Shown here: piece after piece, positions 41,595-54,196 of the stretch | Numbering within the stretch: position 1 is the stretch's first letter | Layout of the letters: every line of letters begins with the position of its first letter | From: Eledone cirrhosa | Lineage: Eukaryota | Assembly: GCA_964016885.1 (NCBI GenBank) | Contig: OZ024740.1 | Location: 341,186,001 to 341,250,000, forward strand | Direction: 5' to 3' | DNA length: 64,000 bases | Position numbers and translations under genes: made by a program | Notes under the pieces: generated by a model | Database searches by the model: none | The model's input: only the letters and a program-made list of their open reading frames with translations | What the model was told of the DNA's origin: nothing

Positions 41595-44290
41595 CATCAT
41601 CATCATCATCATCATTCACTGTCCATTTTCCATGCTAGCATGCATTAGGCAGGTTGTCCCATTAGAGGTAAGTCAGGTTATGTGATAATAAGCAAATTAC
41701 AGAAATAAAGAGCATCCTCACTATCATCATCATCATCATATGTCCATTTTCTGCTCTGATATGGGTTGGACATAGTTGGAGCAACCAATCTTGTTACATT
41801 TCATATTTGGTATGGTTTCTACAGCTGGAGGTCACTTTTAACACCAACTACCTTACAAGGTGTGCTGGGTCTGTTTTCCATGACATCAGCACTACCACTT
41901 TATAAAGTCTACTGGATGCATTTTATCATGGCACTAGCACTAGTGAGGTTGTTACATACATGCTTGGTCAGACTGACGACTCCTCTCAAACCCTATATTG
42001 TCTCTGTTCAGTCGGCAAACACTAGCTTTTGACCATGTTTACTTTTAATGTTGCAGTGCTTAAAATGGTGGATGTGCATGGTATCTCGCCTGTCATTATT
42101 CTTGTATCATCTTTGTGAGGTAGAATTTCTTGAGGTTTCTTTCCAACTTTGTCCCGAGTCTTCTTTGGTCTCCCTCTTCCACAGGTTCTATTCATATCTG
42201 CCATCAGCACCTTCTATTCAACCCTCACTCTACTTACACATCACATGCCAACACTTGTACAGTCATCTCTCTTACACTCTATATTAAACTCCTCTTATAC
42301 CCAACTTTCCTCTCAACATATAATCTACCCTTCACTTTGAGAGAGAAGTTCTTTGTTGCCAGCAGAGGTAACAGTTCCTTGAACTTCTTCCACCCTGTTT
42401 TCAATCTGGCTATAACATTTTTTGCATATCCACATCCAATGCTGATGAAATCACCTACATAGCAGATTTATATCCCTTCCAGTGAGCCTTCTGAACATTA
42501 GATTTCATATGCAGGTGCAGTCAACAGTGAGATTAATCTCCCTGACAGCCTACCTGTGATCCCATTACACCTCTTATGTGTCCACAGTCTATAGTGGGTT
42601 CACAGTATGGAACTCCTACCTACTCCTTTTCTACATATTGAGTACAGCCATTTCCTTGGTGGTAGCAGGGGTTTATTCTGTTACTTACTGATTTGGTTAA
42701 TTTTGAGGCCCTTTGATTCTAGATTTTGCTTCCATGTCTGGAACATTTCTAATTGCATTGTTTCATCTATGTGAGCTAGATCATTAGTATATAGAAGCTC
42801 AAACAAACAACCAATCTTGAATTACTTTGTTATGGACAAAACAAGTGACTGATTTACAAAACAAGTGACTAATCTGAGCCCTACTCCACCAGATAGTTTA
42901 ACCATCTCAACAATAATCCCCGAAGGACCAGCTGCCTTCCCTACTGTCATTTCTTTAATTATTTTATCTGCTATGCCACTGTCAACTTTGATGACTGGTT
43001 CTTCAATGGGTCTACTTGGGATAGGCCTTTATTCTCCCATACATTCTCCTCATTCAGCACTTCCATGCATCTTTCAACATTAGTAAAGGTGTGTTGCTGT
43101 CATTCCATACACACTTTTTCTCTCTGATCCTTATACCATAGAACATTGGCAAACCTTTTACTTTCTGCCTACCCTCTTGCTAAATAAACCTGATGCCTAG
43201 CCTCTCTCCTTACTACTGGGTATTGTTCCCTGCTGCCTCTCAGCTTCTAGACCTTCCAAGCCTGTCTCTTAGCTTTTATGGCCATCGCTACAGTACTGTT
43301 CCACCACTATGTCACCTTCTGTCTGACTAGAACCTTACCCCATCCACAGCACTCATCTGTTGCCCTCCGTTGGTTGTCTTGTAGGAGTTTCCAGTTGTCC
43401 TCTATGTTATGCTTATCTAATTCCTCATCTTTCTTGTCAAGAACTTCTCCAGTATATCTTTAGACCTATGGCACTTTAAGCCTCCCTATTTTCTCTAGAT
43501 CATTTTAGGCTTCTGTAAGCATCTTATTCATACTCTAAAATCACTAATCACTAACCTGTGTTGGATGGTACATTCTTCCATAAGAAAACTTCTACCTATC
43601 TTGTTTTCTTGTGAGAATAAAGTCAATCTGTGTGTTTGCCTAATTGGTTGATGACCAAATGGCAGGCTAGTATCCTGAAGTCATTTGCATCAAAGAATTC
43701 CAGGAGCCTTGATCGTTCATTTCTCTCACTAAGTTCATAGCCTCCATGTACACCATGAAATCCATCCTGGTGTTGTCCAATGTATCCATTAAAGTTATCT
43801 ACCACAATATCAATGTCATTCATCACCGAGGTAGTCTGCAAAAGAGCCTCATAGAAGTGGTCATTCTGTTTATCTGTAAGTCCAGCTTGTGGTGCATATA
43901 CAGAAGAATAGTAGTTATTGTATTATACAGGACTAATCAAACTTCATTATCATATCACATCACATACTGACTACCTGGATTACTTTATCTACCCATTTCT
44001 CTACTAATAGTATGATTACCCCACCTATACCATAATTTCAACCTACCTAGAAGAGCTTCTACTTATTTTACTTGCCCATGAGGAGCTTGGCTGAGGCACC
44101 TCTCCATCTTACTTCTTGTACACAGCATACATCTACACACCTCCATTCAAGCATCTCTACACTTTCTTCAAACCTACCTTTCATTGTACTGATGTTGATT
44201 GTTGCAGCTCTGAAGTTTCAAATCTTATGTAAGGAGGAGGAGGTCTGGACTGGTTTGGTGGCTTGGTGTATGTTGTCTGTACCCTGAAAT
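41595..44290 (-). mobile_element. Old degenerate RTE LINE
   Basis: EN remnants (DNFNGYIGQHQDGFHGVHGGY), RT remnants, GRGRPKKT, (GAT)n tails at 41595 and 41724. Confidence 0.85.
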
Positions 44291-45129
44291 AAATAGAGTT
44301 AGTGTAATTGTTTGATTATAGGTAGTAGCTTCTTACGCATGCATCAAATGACCATGTCTTGCTTATATGATCCATTTCGGCATGGTTTATGTAGCTGGAT
44401 GCCTTTCTTAATGCCAACTACTTTACAGTGTGTTCTAGGTGCATTCTATTGCAGAACCAGCACTACCACCTTGCATGGTGGTCTGGTTGCTTTCTATCAT
44501 GGCACCAACACTAACACTTTACAGAGTTGGCTGGGTTCATTTTACCATGCACCAGCACTACTACTTTACAGAGTGGGCTGGATGCAATTGTCAGGTCCCC
44601 AACACTACCTCTTTACAACAGCTAATTATACTATATCTAGTTGTCTAGAAATATTTGATAAATTATGATGTGGAACTGACCTGGGACTAAACAACACCAT
44701 GGCAGTGTGTTTTATACTGATTTGATGTACGACAGGGTTGTATCACAATGTTTAGCTGTTGTTTTTCATGTTGTAGTTGTTCTCACATTAAGCTCTCCAA
44801 CTTTCTAAATAACAAGTAACAAATCTAAGATAGATTTAATACCAAACTGTTTAAACTCCACCTCTCTTCTCTTGTTCTACAATACTAAGCTGTTTATTTC
44901 AAAGTGTTTATACTTACCTAAAAACCTAATTTTAAGTAAGAACCTTCTTGTGTTCCAATCACTAACTCGATAGCAATAAATTTAATTACTAAATACTTCG
45001 AAATTCTTAATTATTTTCAAAATTATTTGACAATGATAGGTAGTGTCTTTCATTAGAAATATAGTAATGAAAGGATTAATGTAGGTATAACTATAGTTTA
45101 TAAGTCTTGCTGTGAAAATTTAAGCAAAT

Positions 45130-45900
45130 GTGAGAACTTCTATGATACATTCCTTAGGTTGGAAAAGGGTTACTTTCTCTGCTACTCCTACTATATGCTA
45201 TTCCTGTGCATTTGCTACATGCTAAGTCTATCTTTTCTATTAGTCTGCCTAAAATCCCATTACACTTTACTAGTTACCAAAACTTTGGTCTTTACTAGGT
45301 TTGCTGTCAGCCCTTTTTATTCTAAGTTCTGTTTCCACAAGCTCTTCCACAGTTCAGTTATAAGAATAATGTCATCAGCATACAGAAGTTCCCATGGACA
45401 ACCAGACTTACAATCCACTGTTATGGTCCAGAGAACTATAATAAACATAAGGGAACTGTTGACTGAGCCTTGTTGAACACTTGCACATTGAATTCCTTTC
45501 TAAACTCATCATTTACTCTCACTTTACTGTTAGTACCTTTGTACATAGCTTGCACTGTTCTCACAAGCTATTCATCTACAACAAGTTTCCCTAAGGCCCA
45601 CTAGATAAAAGATTATGGTACTCTGTCAAAGGATTTTTTTTCCAGACCTAAAAGAGCTAGACATATTGGCTTGTACTTAGCTAGGAACTTCTCTTGTAGT
45701 TGTCTCACTAAAAAAAGACACCTGTGGTGCTCCTGGCACAAAACAAACTGCCTCATCTAATTTGACTCTTTCCCTAATTAGTTGTGCTAAAACTCTATCA
45801 CTTTCATAACTTGACCCATCAGTTTAATGCCTCTGGAGTTGCTCCTTTCTAGAGCATTTTCTTTTCTCGTGTAACAATTGATGATTAAATGGCTGCTAAA
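45130..45900 (-). mobile_element. Degenerate RTE RT fragment
   Basis: Antisense of [27 protein letters not shown]. Confidence 0.8.
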
Positions 45901-47544
45901 CCAGCCATTTATTTTTTATTTGCTGTTATTCAGTCATCATGTAACTAATACTACATCGTCTCTTAGCGACTTTTTTAACAGTAGGTCATTATTTAAGGAA
46001 AATTTGGGTTCTATTTCTAGTAGGCCAAACAACTTTTCAAAATATCCCTTGCTAGATCATCATTATTTGTGTCTTTTGCATTTTGTCTCTCACTCTCTGT
46101 GTCATACTATTTCAAATTTGTGCCAGTTAAATACTATTTCACATTATTCTTATAAACAAAATCTTTGAGTACACGGAAGCTACGAAAAGATTCAACAAGA
46201 GAAACTTTTAGCTGTTTTACAGATTCCCTTGTTTCCTATTTTCCTTTTCTTTTTCATATGCATAATTTGCCTCCCATTGGTCTTCAATATTTGAAATTTT
46301 ATTTTCTGCCCCCCCCCCCCTTTTTTTTAAATTATTTGTCTCACTAGCTCTTTTTGATTACCAACTGTAAGGAATACTCAATACTTCCCCTAGTCTGCCA
46401 TGGTTTACTAGCTCTATACGGACGTTTAAATTGATTAACTAAATAAATAGTATCATATTGTTTATTATCTTTTCATGTTAAAATGGAGAGTTACAACTAG
46501 GATGAGTCATTTTAGCTACATAAAAATACAAAAACTGTCACTTTATTTCTTTAATTTATGTGTGAAAGGGTTGTCTCATTTGTGAGATATGTTCACTGAC
46601 GCAACAGTATCTCTGTGATGTCATTGACTAAATTGCAGATGCGCAATAAAAAAAAAATTTGAGATATACAATATTATTAAGAAATAAATGAAAGCAGATT
46701 TTGTGTATTCTAAAATGACTTAAATTACTCTTCCAATATGTAGTTTCAAATAGCTATCTCATATGTTTAAAGTCAATAGTCTAATAGGATAGTTATCACA
46801 ATCACTGAGATTCATATTTATGTAAAGAAAGCCTATATATAGTCATTGATAATGCCTATATTACAAATGTTATTACTGAATTAACTTAAGAATCCCTATA
46901 AAACTGCCTTTTATTGTAGTTTTAAATGAATGTTCAATGCCGAATTGTCTTAGATCCAATATTGAAGGTATGTTTTCTGTTGCTTTTAGAATTTGCTTTC
47001 CATTTTCACTGAATCTCCCTTCCATTGACATTTCCCCACCTCTTTACACCCTGTTTACATCTCCTGCTCAAATACTGTTAAAAATATATAACAGATTGAT
47101 TTTTTTTTCCTTTGTTGTATTTGTCCTTTTCATTTCAATTGGTGCTGTTTCTCTGTGTTTGCTATTTGTTCAATATTTATTTCAGTATTTGTTATTTGTT
47201 CAGTGTCTATTTTATGTTTGCATTTGGAACTAATTCATTCAACTATTTTGATTTAACATTCTAACATTTCTCTATAAATGAAGCTGGGTGCATGCCTTGC
47301 TTGAGCGGGTATATTAATCAGTCGACCATGAAAGTATAGGCATATTTGTTTATAGTTCATTTGATGTAATCAAGCATTGTGGCTTGCTTTCAAATATCTT
47401 TACTAAAATTATATACGAAAACTAAATATTTTCAAGTTAATTTCCTTGATCATTGCATGGAAAACTAACATTAGAAGATTAAATATTTGCATGAATTTAA
47501 AACAAGTGAAGATGGTGGCTATATATATATATATATATATATAT

Positions 47545-47929
47545 AAATTTGAGTATGTGTTGGTTGATTACCGACACTTCAGTATGCAGGGTAGAACACT
47601 CAACAAAGTGCACAGGTGGGTCTGTTTACTCTGGAATAAATTAAAAACAAGTAGTGTAAGTCAACAGGTTAAAATTAACTTCATTTATTCATAGTCGCTG
47701 TTATATATATTTCGGTGATAACCATTATTCAACAACTATGATCTCATCAGACAGCTAGAACTTAAACAGAAAAACATAATGATGGAACAAAGTTTACCTG
47801 TTATGTTTTTCTGTTTTTTCAAGTCTGATGAGGTCATAGCTGTTGAATAATAGTTATCACCGAAATATATATAACAGCGAATATGAATAAACAAAGTTAA
47901 TTTTAACCTGTTCACTTACACTTTTTGTT

Positions 47930-47930
<1 letters not shown>
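47545..47930. mobile_element. Fold-back element family D (tail 47545-47643, inverted repeat 47644-47930)
   Basis: Imperfect ~110-bp arms plus an inner hairpin, flanked by (TA)n; hammerhead cores in both arms. Confidence 0.85.
47697..47755 (-). ncRNA. Type I hammerhead ribozyme
   Basis: gctgt-CTGATGA-gatcatagttgttgaataatggttatcacc-GAAA-tatata-TA-acagc; mirrored core at 47825-47878 (+) with a shortened stem I. Confidence 0.8.
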
Positions 47931-47963
<33 letters not shown>

Positions 47964-48111
47964 CCATTTAAGTAGTTTGATTGCTAATGAGTAGAACTGG
48001 TGGTTCTGATTGGTAAACTATGATGCAACAAATTAATTAAAGCATTCAATGTTATGCAAGTCATCGATCATAGAAGTGATGACCAGTGGTTGGTGCAGGA
48101 ATGGAGTAAAG

Positions 48112-48393
48112 TATTTATTAAACAACAACAGAAGGCCAGACTGGAAAGTTTGCTTTAGAATTTTCATTCCACGAAATCACTATGGCCTAGCTCCATCATC
48201 CAATTATGATGCAAGACAGGACGATCTCATTAGGCGTCATCCACAGAATTACTTAACCCAAACATATAGTGGAAGATAGGGAAAAGAAAATTGAAAATTT
48301 AATTCGGGGGAATGAGGCAGCCCCTGAATTTTTTCTTTTCTTTTCCTTATCTTCCAATACATGTTTGGGTTTAACGTTGTTGTTTAATAAATA
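48112..48393. repeat. Degenerate nested inverted repeat (probable old fold-back element)
   Basis: tatttattaaacaacaac / gttgttgtttaataaata outer arms; 48253-48290 / 48336-48374 inner arms. Confidence 0.6.
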
Positions 48394-48940
48394 TAAATAG
48401 ATACTCTTTTACTCTTTTTCCTGTTCCAGCCATCCAGGAGCACAAATAGGAGTTTGAAACATTATTTTGGAGTTACATTACATTCTGCAGATACTTCATT
48501 ACTAACCATTGGTTGAGCTGAGGCTATAGTAGGAGACACTTGCCTAAGGTATCATGCAGTGAAACTGAACCGGAAAACACTTGATTCCAAAGTGAACTTC
48601 TTCACTACATAGCCATGTCTGTATCTATCTATCTCTCTCTCTCTCTCTCTCTCTCTTATATATATATATATATGTATATAAACAGAAATAACAAAACAAA
48701 CAGCATAGTACGTGGAAGAAATATATTAGTTTAACACTTGAAATAGCAGGAAGAGAGTCTTAACATTTCAGACACTAGTCCTTCATTAGAAGATAGAGTT
48801 AGAAATAGAAGATAACTAGAAAGTAAAGATGAGAGGAAGGAACGGAAAATGAGAAAAAAAATTTGGGAGGAAAAGAAACACGTGTGTATTCAGTCGGCCA
48901 TCTTGTTTTATATATATATATATATTATATATATATATAT

Positions 48941-49232
48941 AACAGTGTAGTAGTTTGATTGCAGCATTGTGAGATAATAAAAATGGTTATATTTAGGAAA
49001 CCACTACAATGCAAATGAGGTTGTAAATATGGTAACAAAATTGGAAGAAGAGAAATATACCATCCTTTATTAATGGACCCCTTGATAATAGATGGCACAT
49101 CCGAAATATTAGGACTAATAAATATTTCCAAGGTTATCTCTGATTCTTGTTTTTCTTCCTCTTTTCCTGATTTTGTTATTTTAATATTTACAACTCCACT
49201 TACATTGTAGTGGCTTCCTAGACACAGCCATT
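48941..49232. mobile_element. Fold-back element family E in (TA)n
   Basis: Arms ~48982-49051 and ~49158-49232 (taggaaaccactacaatg / cattgtagtggcttccta), ~40-bp tail. Confidence 0.65.
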
Positions 49233-49394
49233 ATATATATATATCATCATCATCGTTTAACGTCCATTTTCCACGCTCGCATGGGTCTGGAAGATATATA
49301 TATATATATATTAAATAAAGTACAAGTCTGCACATATATAATAAGAATAAAGATCCCATAACTCCTTGTGGAGTCATAGAGGCACCGTCTAACT

Positions 49395-49765
49395 TTTTTA
49401 TCGACCTCGAAAGGATGAAAGGCAAAGTTGACCCCAGCGGGATTTGAACTCAGTGTGTAATGAGGTGGGACGACTACCGTAAAGCATTCTATCCGACGTC
49501 TTAATGACTCTGCCAATTCGCCGCTTATATACAGTGTTCATTTAGATGTGTTAGTCAAGAATGACACTCCAAACAATTTGAGGGGAATGGAAAGCTGATT
49601 ATACCAACCCCAGTACTTAACAGTTACTTCATTTTATCGACCTTCCAAGAATGAAGGACAATGTTGACTTTGGTGGGATTTGAACTTAGAACATAAACCG
49701 ACGTAACTGAATGCTGCAAAGCCTTTTGTCCAACACTTTAACGATTCTCCCAATTCACTGCTCTC
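49395..49765 (-). mobile_element. Two tRNA-derived SINE copies
   Basis: Minus strand gagttcaaatcc B box followed by gtcaactttgcctttcatcctttcgaggtcgataaa; relatives at 22050-22250 (+) and 50620-50830 (-). Confidence 0.75.
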
Positions 49766-50059
49766 CTTCATTGTGAATTAATAAATACATATATGAAAAC
49801 AGCTATACTTAATTTCACTGGTGAATGATAAGCACTTTGTTTTCTTGTAGTAATTTGACCATGTATAATCACAGTATAATCTGAAGAGCACCCCAGACGT
49901 TGTTTGAAACTAACATTTTTCAAAACAAATAGTAGACTGTCCGATTCGTTTTGGTTTTTAAACATGTGCTAAAAATATAAGTCCCGTACATCTGCAAAGA
50001 AATTTCAACACAACTACAGCTTTCCAGTCATGACTGTCCTGTCTTTTAAACCTTTGTTC

Positions 50060-50225
50060 TAAACCCTAACTCCTAAATCTAAAACAAACTCAAACTCTGA
50101 CCTAAACCCAACCTGACCCTAAACTCTAATCCCAATTTTATTCTGAAACTCTAATCCTAAACCTAAATTCCAACCTGTATTCTAATCCTAAACTCAACCT
50201 GAAACCCAGATCATAACCCAACCAA
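50060..50225. repeat. Degenerate (CCCTAA)n-like hexamer tract
   Basis: aaccctaactcctaaatctaaa...accctaaactctaatccc. Confidence 0.6.
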
Positions 50226-51470
50226 TAATGCATATAAATTATGATCAATACCCACAAAACCAAAATGAATTTGATTGCTTGCTATTTGTTTCTAAAAATT
50301 TCTTAAAGTCTGAGATTTCCAAAATTGAATAATTTTTTAGTGAAACAGGTTGAATATGTGTCAATGAAAATGTCATTTAAATCAGTATTTTATTCAGCAG
50401 TACTTATCCCATTCATTGTGATGTTTTGGACAAATAACTCACAGAGACTGACAGAAACAATAATAATAAATCAGAGAGGGAAGGGCAATACCCAGGACCC
50501 TTTTTAGGGCCTCTGAGACTGATGGATGAAAGAAAGAGAGGTAGATATCCTCGAACCAGAGACTTAATTCGATTACTTGCAACAGAGTGGACTCCACTAA
50601 AATCACAGAAGGACCATGTGGCAGTTTTAAAGTACACCACAGCAAGATTTGAGCTCCAACCACTAAGAGCCTGAACAAATACTGCAAAGCATCTCATCTG
50701 ATGCTTTACCAATTCCACCAGTTTGCCACCCTGGACTGGTACTCTATTTTATCAACCCTAAAAAGATGAAAAGCAAAGTTGGCCCCAGCAGGAATTGAAC
50801 TAAGAATGCATAGAGCTGGCACATATACTATAATGTATTTTGTCCTACACTTTAATTTCCATTAACCTTGCAGTTCATAATATCTATTTTGGAAACAAAT
50901 TCTGTGCGTTTCATTAATATACCTAGTGGACCTGTCATCAATTATGACGGCAATAGCATTAAACATATTTAAATTTTGGAGTCCAGGATTGGTATGCCAT
51001 ATATACTAGTATTACTGGATATATGAACACTCATACAAACTGTGAAATTTATGTTTTGATAAATGATAGGCTTGCATAAGAGAAACCCTCTAGTCCATGT
51101 TGGTTATTGACATGTGGAAGCGATTAAAGATAAAATTGATATATTAAAATAGTAATATAGTTAATATGAACCATTGTGTATTTCTAGGATATTGCATAAA
51201 AATGTTCAGCATATATGTACAAATGACATACAAGATTAAATATACAAGTAACTTTGGAGAAATAACTATTTACAGACCAAATGTAGAGTTATAATTCAGG
51301 ACTTTGTGCTTGAAAAGCGAATTTCTTATTTCAGCAATATGAGTGAGATAGGATATGCATTTTATGAGTGTGTATGTTTGTAAATCTAAATTTAAAGAGT
51401 TACATCTTTGACTTATTTCCCTTTGTTATACCATGTTTTCATAAAGAAGTGTTTAACTTGCTATATTTCA

Positions 51471-53886
51471 GCGCCTCTCGGACAGGGAGGCGAAGTCTTG
51501 CGAGGAGCCGATTTCGGCCGCTGAGATAGAGGACGTGCTGGGCCAATGCGGCAAACGCAAATCCCCGGGTCTCGATGGTCTTCCTTACGAATTATATCTA
51601 GCTATGCCGGACTTGTTCCCCGATCTCCTCGAGGCGGTCTACTGCAACTGGCAACAGAACGGGAGAATTCCCTGTACTGTGACCAAGGGCGTAGTCACGC
51701 TAGTGAGGAAGGACGAGAACAAGGGGGACGAAATAAGTAACTTCAGGCCCATAACTCTGCTAAATACAGAGTTACAGATTTTGGCCAAGGTGCTAGCAAA
51801 GAGGTTGGCGCTTGTCGTGGACAACCTGGTGGGAGATGCGCAGACATGCGCTATCCCGTCCAGGTCCATCCATGACAACCTCCACCTCATGCGATACATC
51901 ATAGAGAGGGTTGGGAACGAACCCGGCTTTGGTGGGGCTCTGATCAACTTGGATCAATCTAAGGCGTTCGATAGGGTCGACCATGGTTACCTGGATGCGG
52001 TGCTAGCGGCGGCAGGCTTCGGACCCGTTTTCAGGGGCTGGATCACTGCTATGCACAGCAGCCGCATCTGCTCTAGGGTCAAGGTGAACGGCTACCTCTC
52101 GGAGCCGTTCAAAATCGCGCGGTCCATCCGACAAGGGTGCCCTCTCTCCTCCCTTCTGTATGTGTTGACTCTCGAGCCACTACTGCGGAAGTTGGAGTTG
52201 TTGCAGGAAGTTGGAACCGGGATTGCGGAAAGCGGTGTCAGCCTACGCCGATGATGTGACAGTAATGGTGTCGACGGCCTCCGAAATCGAGGCGGTCGGC
52301 ACCTTACTGGAGGAGTACGAAAAGTTCACAGGGGCTAAGCTGAACCGGGACAAGTCGATCGGTTTGCAACTCGGCACGTGGAGGGGCAGACCGATGCCCT
52401 CCGATGGCGTCGTCGGACGCTGGACGGAGGGCCCGGTGAAGTTGCTCGGGGTCTGGTTCGGACCGGACCTCCAGGTGGAGAAAAACTGGGCGGAGGTTAC
52501 GAACAGGGTGTTTGCACTGACCCAGAAGTGGGCCAGTTGCAAACTTTCCCTGAAAGGTCGGGCGGAGGTGGCGAACACTTATATAGCGTCCATCATCTAC
52601 TACCGCCTGACCGTAGTGCCCTGCCCAAGGGAAACCCTCACCAAGATGGAGCGCGCGCTCTTCCAATTCCTTTGGAAGGGGCGGGCTCCTATGGTGAGGA
52701 GATCCATCTGCTGTCAACACCCTTCGAAAGGAGGGCTGGGGATGCCGTGGCTAATGATGCGTAAACACGCATTAAGGCTACGGCACCTCTACGTATTCCT
52801 CACCGGACAACCGGTGTGGGCCTCGTTTGTGAGACAAACCTTTCCCAGACTCGTCTCACTCACCGAACTGCAATCCTGGGTCAAGCAAAGACCGAGAAAA
52901 CTGGGCGCCTGGCACACTGAGTGTGCCCAGGCGCTCACCGCCCTCTGGCAGGCGGATCCGGTTATCAGTGGAGACTCCACCGCAACATTCTATAGAGGGC
53001 TGGTACGCAGCAGGTGCGACGACGCCCTCGGAGAAGCCCTAGACATGGAGGAGGACGAACTGGCCAGCCTGTTCGGTAGGACATTCAGCCCGAGACCTAT
53101 GGACAACTTCCAGAAGTCCCTGGCCTGGCAGTGCTACCGAGGCGCTTTACCCGTTCGAGAAAGGCTCTACAGACACGGGCGCCCGGGTAGGGACCCCGCC
53201 AAAAAGATCTGTCCCAGATGCGTGTGCGACGAGGAAACCGTTGCACACGCATTGGTACACTGCTCGGGCGTAGCCGATCTGTGGGGCTATGTCGAACAAC
53301 TGCTGTCAAGGGTGGGACCGATCCGGTTGACCACCGAGTCTATTGTAATGATCAAGCCGCCTCCCCCCTTCAAAGATGAAGCAGAGGCGGTGTTTCTGTG
53401 CGTAATAGCCATGGCGAAAGAGGTTGTATGGTGGACGCGTCTGAAAGGACTGAGGTCAGGCACCTTTCTCTCTGGCCAACAACTGGTCCGTTTCTTCCGA
53501 TATCATTTCGGAAGAAGGATCAGGATGGAGAGAGAGGTGCTGCACCCCAGTCGTTTTTATGAAAGGTGGGTGAAAGTGGCGAGAATGGCCCGTGTGAATG
53601 GGCCTTCTCTTTACATAAGCCTGTAGGTGGAAAAGAGGAAGGAACGAGGGAGCACCCCCTCTCTGTGCTCCTGAGGAAAAGGGTTGCACACTTTTTTCGG
53701 GGGTGTGTGCGACCCCCCAAGGCGCCTCCTCTCTATTGAGGATTTTGTTAAAAATTTTATTTTTTGTTATATCTTATTTTATTTTTATATTTTGTTATTG
53801 CCTCCTCCTTATTGAGGACGCCTTTTTGTGTAAACTCCCCCCTTTGTACTTGTCCCACTTTTGATGCCCTAGTGGCAAATAAAAGA
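51471..53886 (+). mobile_element. L1-group (Tx1-like) LINE, 5'-truncated ORF2 with one frameshift
   Basis: KSPGLDGLP, NFRPITLLN, DQSKAFDRV, RQGCPLS, AYADD, KGGLG, CCHC (CPRC..EETVAHALVHC); AATAAA end; tatatttca at both junctions (51462-51470, 53891-53899). Confidence 0.95.
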
Positions 53887-54026
53887 AACTTATATTTCAA
53901 CTTCAACTAGGCCACAAATTTGATAACTCTTACAATCTGGAGAGATGGTCAAAACTGGGCCTGGAAATCTTACGAAGCGCTTTTGTTCCATGTATAAATA
54001 TAAATGAATAATATATATATATATAT

Positions 54027-54196
54027 AATTTGAGTCTGTGTTGGTTAATCATCGACACTTCAGTATGCAGGATAGAGCACTCGATGAAGTGCGCAGGTGT
54101 GTCTGTTTACTCCAAAGTATATTTATAAACAAGAAGTGTAGGTCAACAGGTTAAAACAAGGTTAATTTTAACCTGTTGACTTACACTTCTTTTTAT
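54027..54196. mobile_element. Fold-back element family D, short copy (inverted repeat 54124-54196)
   Basis: Tail homologous to 47545-47643; fold-back occurs before the hammerhead. Confidence 0.8.

Noticed and set aside
46930-47235. Possible CCCH zinc-finger / LINE ORF1 remnant on the minus strand
   Set aside because: Only vague Cys spacing with several stops; insufficient evidence.
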